From NCBI GenBank assembly GCA_001773455.1, contig MEWR01000014.1, positions 5,181 through 40,821 on the forward strand: DNA of 35,641 nt, given 5' to 3'. Positions 30,939 through 35,641 of this stretch are shown in pieces. The DNA is from Candidatus Abawacabacteria bacterium RBG_16_42_10 (GTDB lineage: Bacteria; Patescibacteriota; Gracilibacteria; RBG-16-42-10). Below the pieces are notes generated by a model. That model saw nothing but the letters and a program-made list of their open reading frames with translations. It was not told the DNA's origin and did not search any database. The translations under genes were made by a program, and so were the position numbers. How positions within the stretch are numbered: the first letter of the stretch is position 1; each line of letters starts with the position of its first letter.

Positions 30939-31631
30939 TTAGAAACGAACTCCCACTGAAAAACCCAAACTCACTCCACCCGTTGTGGAAGGGAAACCCG
31001 GGAAACCTCTCTCTATACCGAGCCCACTAAAATTTGTTCCGGTCTGTGGGCCGATACCCGCAATCAATGTATTTACTGCTGCATATGATAGAGCAATGAT
31101 CACCACACCAACCACAGCATATGTGATAGTCTGTTTACCTTTTTTTGCGGCTTCAGGATCACCTGCAGATGCCAAGTAACGAAAACCTCCGTACACCAAC
31201 ATAAGAAAAGCTAGTATTCCTACAAATCCCAAGAAAAAATTTACTATTTGCACGATCAAAGGTTCGAGCTGAGGATTGTTCGCTTGCAAGACCGTCCCCT
31301 GCGGAACATGAATACCATATGTAAAACCAGGTGTCAGACCCAAACCTGCACCGGGTCGTAAATTTCCGGTCGCACCGGCAATTCCTCCGGCAATTCCACC
31401 GGCGACAGCACCTATTGCTGCACCGATAGCAGACCCCTCTCTACCGCCGATAGCACCACCAATTGCGCTTCCCAGACCTGCACCGGCACCCGCTCCCACC
31501 ATAGCCCCACCAATACCACCAACGACACTGTCTACGGCATCAGCACGGACAGTTGTCGCCATAAACGGCGAGAGCAAGACGCTAACTGAAGTCAACAATG
31601 AAAGTAGAGTGAATAGGATCTTTCGCAACAT
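30939..31631 (-). CDS. VirB2/TrbC-like pilin with glycine zipper
   Basis: Start MLRK (31631), signal peptide ending VRA, GxxxG array, YGGFRYLASAGDPEAAKKGK hairpin, tail GFSVGVRF. Confidence 0.82.
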   Translation of the reverse strand: MLRKILFTLLSLLTSVSVLLSPFMATTVRADAVDSVVGGIGGAMVGAGAGAGLGSAIGGAIGGREGSAIGAAIGAVAGGIAGGIAGATGNLRPGAGLGLTPGFTYGIHVPQGTVLQANNPQLEPLIVQIVNFFLGFVGILAFLMLVYGGFRYLASAGDPEAAKKGKQTITYAVVGVVIIALSYAAVNTLIAGIGPQTGTNFSGLGIERGFPGFPSTTGGVSLGFSVGVRF

Positions 31632-31657
31632 AACGTAAAAATTATTATGTATTAAAA

Positions 31658-32305
31658 TTAAAAACTGATACCTAAACCAGCACCAATATTTATTCCTCCA
31701 CCTGCAGCAGGCGCGGTTGCTGCTGGAGCAGCTCCTCCTGGCGCAGTCGGCGCAGGAGCTGTCCCCTGACCACCAGTCAATGTAACTGAAACAATCGTAT
31801 ATGCAAAAATAGCTATGAGTATTCCCGTGATCGAACTCCATATTGCTTTTGTAGCCTTACTCACTTGACCGGGATCGCCTCTGGCGGTCATATACATGTA
31901 TCCACCGTATACCAAATAGATCACAGCCACACTGCCAATCAATGCAAGTAAGAAATTGGTAATACTAATTATAATCGTATTGGCTCCACCAATATCGATA
32001 CCGACAGCTGGATCAAAAATTGAACCGATACTCTGAGCGAGTGCGATGATGATGAGTCCAATCACAGAATACGTCACAGAGTCTTTTGCCTTTTTAATCG
32101 CTCCTTCATCACCACGAGCGGTAATATAAAAATATCCCGCGACTACGATATACATAGTAGCCACCGAGGCAGCAACACCTTGCAGAATTCTGATAATGAC
32201 GAGGAAAAAATCGCCGGATGTCGTCAATTGCGGCACACCTGAAACATCCGATGGCAGTGGAATAGCGTGTACATAAGGAATGAAGAATTCAAGTAAAGTT
32301 TTCAT
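31658..32305 (-). CDS. Tandem double VirB2/TrbC-like pilin
   Basis: Two hairpins, AGYFYITARGDEGAIKKAK and GGYMYMTARGDPGQVSKATK; tail GINIGAGLGISF. Confidence 0.82.
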   Translation of the reverse strand: MKTLLEFFIPYVHAIPLPSDVSGVPQLTTSGDFFLVIIRILQGVAASVATMYIVVAGYFYITARGDEGAIKKAKDSVTYSVIGLIIIALAQSIGSIFDPAVGIDIGGANTIIISITNFLLALIGSVAVIYLVYGGYMYMTARGDPGQVSKATKAIWSSITGILIAIFAYTIVSVTLTGGQGTAPAPTAPGGAAPAATAPAAGGGINIGAGLGISF

Positions 32306-32314
32306 GATGAGGAG

Positions 32315-32641
32315 TTAACGAGCCAATCGAGTCAGGTCTGTAGTCAGTACACGAACCACCAGGAAAGATAAAGTCACGACGATAATACCAAAAATTGCGC
32401 CGATGATCTTGGTTTTACCTTTTTGTTTTGTTTCGACATCCCAACCCCAAATATACTGACTTGCTCCCCAAAATACAAAGAAAATAGCCACTCCCCCTGA
32501 AATCCCAAGCAAGAAATCAATCGCATAATTAATCAAAACAGCGACATCCGACAATTTGGGATCATCGAGAATATAATCCCCCTGACTCGGGGTAAGCGTC
32601 GTAGCTACCGCGTAAATAAAGTTTTGTATCGGTATCAACAT
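32315..32641 (-). CDS. VirB2/TrbC-like pilin (small, divergent)
   Basis: WGASQYIWGWDVETKQKGKTKIIGAIFG hairpin. Confidence 0.72.
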   Translation of the reverse strand: MLIPIQNFIYAVATTLTPSQGDYILDDPKLSDVAVLINYAIDFLLGISGGVAIFFVFWGASQYIWGWDVETKQKGKTKIIGAIFGIIVVTLSFLVVRVLTTDLTRLAR

Positions 32642-32657
32642 AATTTTTGCGTTCTAT

Positions 32658-33476
32658 TCATTGTAACAAAAATCGCACGATCGTACCATCGTTATCGGTA
32701 CGTTTGACGGCTCCCCATATTTGCAAATGGCAGATAGTATCATGGTTTGGATGACCGTACTTATTGTCCCTGCCTACACTAACAAAAGTTTCTTGAGGTT
32801 GCACGCTTTGCAAGAAAGGCCATGTGGAACTGGTTTTACTGCCATGATGCCCAGCTTTGAGACAATCAGCTTCGAGATCTTTTGCATAATATTTTACCAA
32901 AAGAGACTCCAGCTCTTTCTCTGCGTCCCCACTCAATAGGCATGTAAAATCGTTCACATGCAGCATAGCCACCAAAGACGAATTGTTCACATTCTTAAAA
33001 TTTTTGTCTTCCAGTGAATCAAAAGGAAATAACACATCTACCAAAACATTTTCTGCTAATTCAAAATCTTCATCATAACGAGCAATAAACATTGGAATAT
33101 TCTTTGCCCGCAATTCCTTTTTTAGCAATTGATAATTTGAACTGTCGTACAACACACCGGTAAACACGACACCACCCACAGAATAACTTTGTAACAGTGC
33201 CAGTAAGCCATCAAGATGATCGGCATGCGGGTGGGTGAGAAAGATCAAATCAATGCGTTTTTGAAACACTGGCAGTTGTTGTGGCAATTCCTTCAAAATA
33301 TTCCGATCAGGTCCGGCATCGAAGAGAATCGTCCTTCCTTCCTTGGTGATGAGCAAAATCGCATCTCCTTGGCCCACATCCAGAAAAGCAAGCTTGGCAT
33401 GTGAGGACCTCAAATCCACAGCAAAACAAAAAGAAACGATACATACATGCAAGAAAACAGCAACAATCACTTTCAT
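32658..33476 (-). CDS. comEC: ComEC/Rec2-type metallo-beta-lactamase domain protein
   Basis: FLDVGQGDA, THPHADHLDG, NNSS, GDAE, KAGHHGSKTSS, YGHP, RTD..G motifs; lacks the channel domain; start ATG 33476 or GTG 33494. Confidence 0.85.
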   Translation of the reverse strand: MKVIVAVFLHVCIVSFCFAVDLRSSHAKLAFLDVGQGDAILLITKEGRTILFDAGPDRNILKELPQQLPVFQKRIDLIFLTHPHADHLDGLLALLQSYSVGGVVFTGVLYDSSNYQLLKKELRAKNIPMFIARYDEDFELAENVLVDVLFPFDSLEDKNFKNVNNSSLVAMLHVNDFTCLLSGDAEKELESLLVKYYAKDLEADCLKAGHHGSKTSSTWPFLQSVQPQETFVSVGRDNKYGHPNHDTICHLQIWGAVKRTDNDGTIVRFLLQ

Positions 33477-33592
33477 GGTAAGAAATAACTTCACTCATTC
33501 ATACCACATCAAAAATGAAATAATTGTTCATCATGATTAATCATGCCCTTCCACGTGTTTTGTGGTATTATTAGTAAGAAAACAAATACATT

Positions 33593-34582
33593 ATGGCAAC
33601 GGTAACAAATGTTCAAGATCAAACATCACAAGGTGTCGTGGACTTTGTGAGCACAATTGTCGCCAAAGTTCCGGCGTTTATCTTGGCGGTTTTGGTTTTT
33701 GGTGCAGCTATTCTTATTGCCAAAATTGTAAAGGCCTGGGCACAAAGGTCAATCCTAAAATCAGGCAGCAATGAAGGTGCGATGAGCATTGTAGGGAAAA
33801 CTGCCTATATAGGTACTATTGTCATTGGTTTAACGGTCGCACTCAAAATTCTGGAAATCGACATCAGCTTTATCGTCGCGGCGATGGGCTTTGGTCTTGG
33901 TTTTGCCATGAAAGATATCCTCGAAAATTATTTTTCTGGGGTACTGATTCTCGTACAAAAACCTTTCACAGTCGGAGATATTATCAAGGCGGGAGACTAT
34001 GTCGGCAAGGTTGAAGAAATCGAGGCAAGAGCAACTTTCATTCGTGTTTTCGATGGTCAAAGGGTTATTATTCCAAATTCTTCGATGATTTCTGGTCCTG
34101 TCATCAATTATTCTGCTTTTCCAGAAAGGCGCGTGAATATTGATTTTAGTGTTTCTTATGATGTCAATCTTCAAAAAGTAGCAGAACTTGTCACCAAGTT
34201 ATTGAAGAGTAATCCCAAAATTATGCAGGAGCCTGCACCATGGGTATCGATCGGTGCATTTGGTGACAGCAATGTTGACTTAGTGGCCCACTTTTGGGTA
34301 GATCGTAGTCAAGCAAATTGGTTAAAATTAAGCACCGATGTTAAAAGGTTGATAAAAGAGACTTTCGAAGCTAATAATATAACCTGGTCATATCCGGTAG
34401 TAACGCTCAATGTGAATCGTCATGATTCTGAAGATTTGTATACTGTAATGGATAAAACTATTCCAGGATCAGACAAACCTCCTCAAGAAATGATAATTCC
34501 CACCAATATCGAAACTTCTTCTGAAAGTGGTATGCATGTCGAGCCGGTTGCCGGTAATGATAATATGTCAGCACAAGGTTAA
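33593..34582 (+). CDS. mscS: Small-conductance mechanosensitive channel
   Basis: GFGLGFAMKDILENYFSG, PFTVGD, GKVEEI, IPNS, RRV.IDFSVSY, P.P motifs. Confidence 0.92.
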   Translation: MATVTNVQDQTSQGVVDFVSTIVAKVPAFILAVLVFGAAILIAKIVKAWAQRSILKSGSNEGAMSIVGKTAYIGTIVIGLTVALKILEIDISFIVAAMGFGLGFAMKDILENYFSGVLILVQKPFTVGDIIKAGDYVGKVEEIEARATFIRVFDGQRVIIPNSSMISGPVINYSAFPERRVNIDFSVSYDVNLQKVAELVTKLLKSNPKIMQEPAPWVSIGAFGDSNVDLVAHFWVDRSQANWLKLSTDVKRLIKETFEANNITWSYPVVTLNVNRHDSEDLYTVMDKTIPGSDKPPQEMIIPTNIETSSESGMHVEPVAGNDNMSAQG

Positions 34583-34603
34583 ACTTTTTTTTACTAATCT
34601 CCC

Positions 34604-34861
34604 ATGAGAAATTCCTCCTCTACAAGTAAATACATCATTGAAGTTGATCGTAGCAAATGTATTAGCGTTGCCAATTGCGTAGCAATTGCCGGTGATGTTT
34701 TTGAATTGGATGGTGAACAAATAGCAATCATCAAAGAGCCGGATCCCAAGACCAAAACTTACACAAGTGATGATGACACTATTATGCTCGCTGCTCGCAG
34801 TTGTCCTACACAGGCAATTATTATCAAAGACCGTGAAACCGGTCAGCAATTATTTCCCTAA
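34604..34861 (+). CDS. Single-cluster ferredoxin
   Basis: IEVDRSKCISVANCVAIA..VFELD..AARSCPTQAI. Confidence 0.85.
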   Translation: MRNSSSTSKYIIEVDRSKCISVANCVAIAGDVFELDGEQIAIIKEPDPKTKTYTSDDDTIMLAARSCPTQAIIIKDRETGQQLFP

Positions 34862-35640
34862 TCCAGAATAATTGTTTTTTCCGGACCAATTGGTATTTCT
34901 TGATTGGGATCTTCATCATTGAAGGGAATTTCTGCATACACGTTATACGTGATCGTATTGCCTTCTATTTGCTCGATATTTCCCACATCACCTGCCAGTA
35001 ATTTACTTTCGCTCGTCTGTATATTGTGACTGATAATGTCTTGCGGGCTAGCATCATTGCTACCACCAAAAAGGTAAATCTTGCCTCCATACATCGTGAC
35101 ATATATATAAAAGACCGGACTCGTCCACACATCAGTATTTTCACCACTGACAACATTTCTGTCATATACTTTGACAACATCATACGAATCTTCCAGAGAA
35201 GAAGTGACTAAACGAAAGCGATTAGGAATTGAGGTGGGAAAGGCAATTATCAAATCATCATCTTCAAACGAAAATTTTTGTGTGTCTCCTCTATAACGAT
35301 ATTGGTATTTCATTGATCCAGGTAAAATCCCAGCTTCCACTACCAATTCAGCTACTTTGGCCACGGGAGATGCAGGAGGAATGGTTTCTTCGACCGTAAT
35401 AGTCGGCGGTACAACTACAGGAGCAGGAGCGGCAGTTGGAGAGGGAAAACCAGGTGACGCAGTCGGAACAATCAATCCCGGAGGTGAAGCAAAAGGAACG
35501 GACGTCGGTGAAATGGTCGGGGACGGGCTGGTAGTCGGCACAATTAATTGTGCCGGGGTAGTAGGCGCCGCAAGATCTTGCGGCGGTACAGGCGACACAA
35601 TTGATTGTGTTGGAGTAGGTGTTGAAGTCGGTGTGGTAGG
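34858..35640 (-). CDS. Pro/Thr/Ser-rich surface protein, C-terminal part (5' end outside window)
   Basis: Frame stays open to the window edge (PTTPTSTPTPTQSIVSP...); long low-complexity linker followed by a beta-rich domain. Confidence 0.75.
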   Translation of the reverse strand, partial: PTTPTSTPTPTQSIVSPVPPQDLAAPTTPAQLIVPTTSPSPTISPTSVPFASPPGLIVPTASPGFPSPTAAPAPVVVPPTITVEETIPPASPVAKVAELVVEAGILPGSMKYQYRYRGDTQKFSFEDDDLIIAFPTSIPNRFRLVTSSLEDSYDVVKVYDRNVVSGENTDVWTSPVFYIYVTMYGGKIYLFGGSNDASPQDIISHNIQTSESKLLAGDVGNIEQIEGNTITYNVYAEIPFNDEDPNQEIPIGPEKTIILD

Positions 35641-35641
35641 C

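Noticed and set aside
21156-32641. Conjugative element or prophage, or type IV (PilA-type) pilins
   Set aside because: No relaxase, coupling protein, integrase or phage genes; no prepilin G|FxxxE motif

Overview
Bacterial chromosomal segment read in standard genetic code 11. Its gene content and lack of Shine-Dalgarno sites suggest a CPR/Patescibacteria genome (inference). The left two-thirds carries housekeeping and envelope genes (mfd, mreB, O-antigen-ligase-like, two tRNA-Arg flanking an ASCH gene, GT39 protein mannosyltransferase, prsW, tgt, comF, elp3, rel, radC, DUF1385 with an in-frame TAA). The standout is an ~11.5 kb minus-strand cluster (21156-32641) directly downstream of a ComEC-type metallo-beta-lactamase gene. 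Ten of its genes carry eleven VirB2/TrbC-like pilin hairpins joined to different modules: Gly/Pro repeats, a shared Cys-His repeat domain, a glycine zipper, a double pilin and six PKD domains. An eight-PKD secreted protein is embedded in the cluster, and five pilins end in a Gly-rich strand terminating in Phe. No VirB4/VirD4 ATPase is in the window. A second highlight is elp3 placed head-to-head with a Trm9/ALKBH8-like methyltransferase, suggesting an mcm5U tRNA wobble pathway. Intergenic DNA holds several families of heptamer-based and REP-like palindromes, one translated in frame in two unrelated proteins and one pairing with tRNA CCA ends, plus an unannotated RAYT/Y1 transposase fragment. 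All family calls come from motif recognition; no searches were run.
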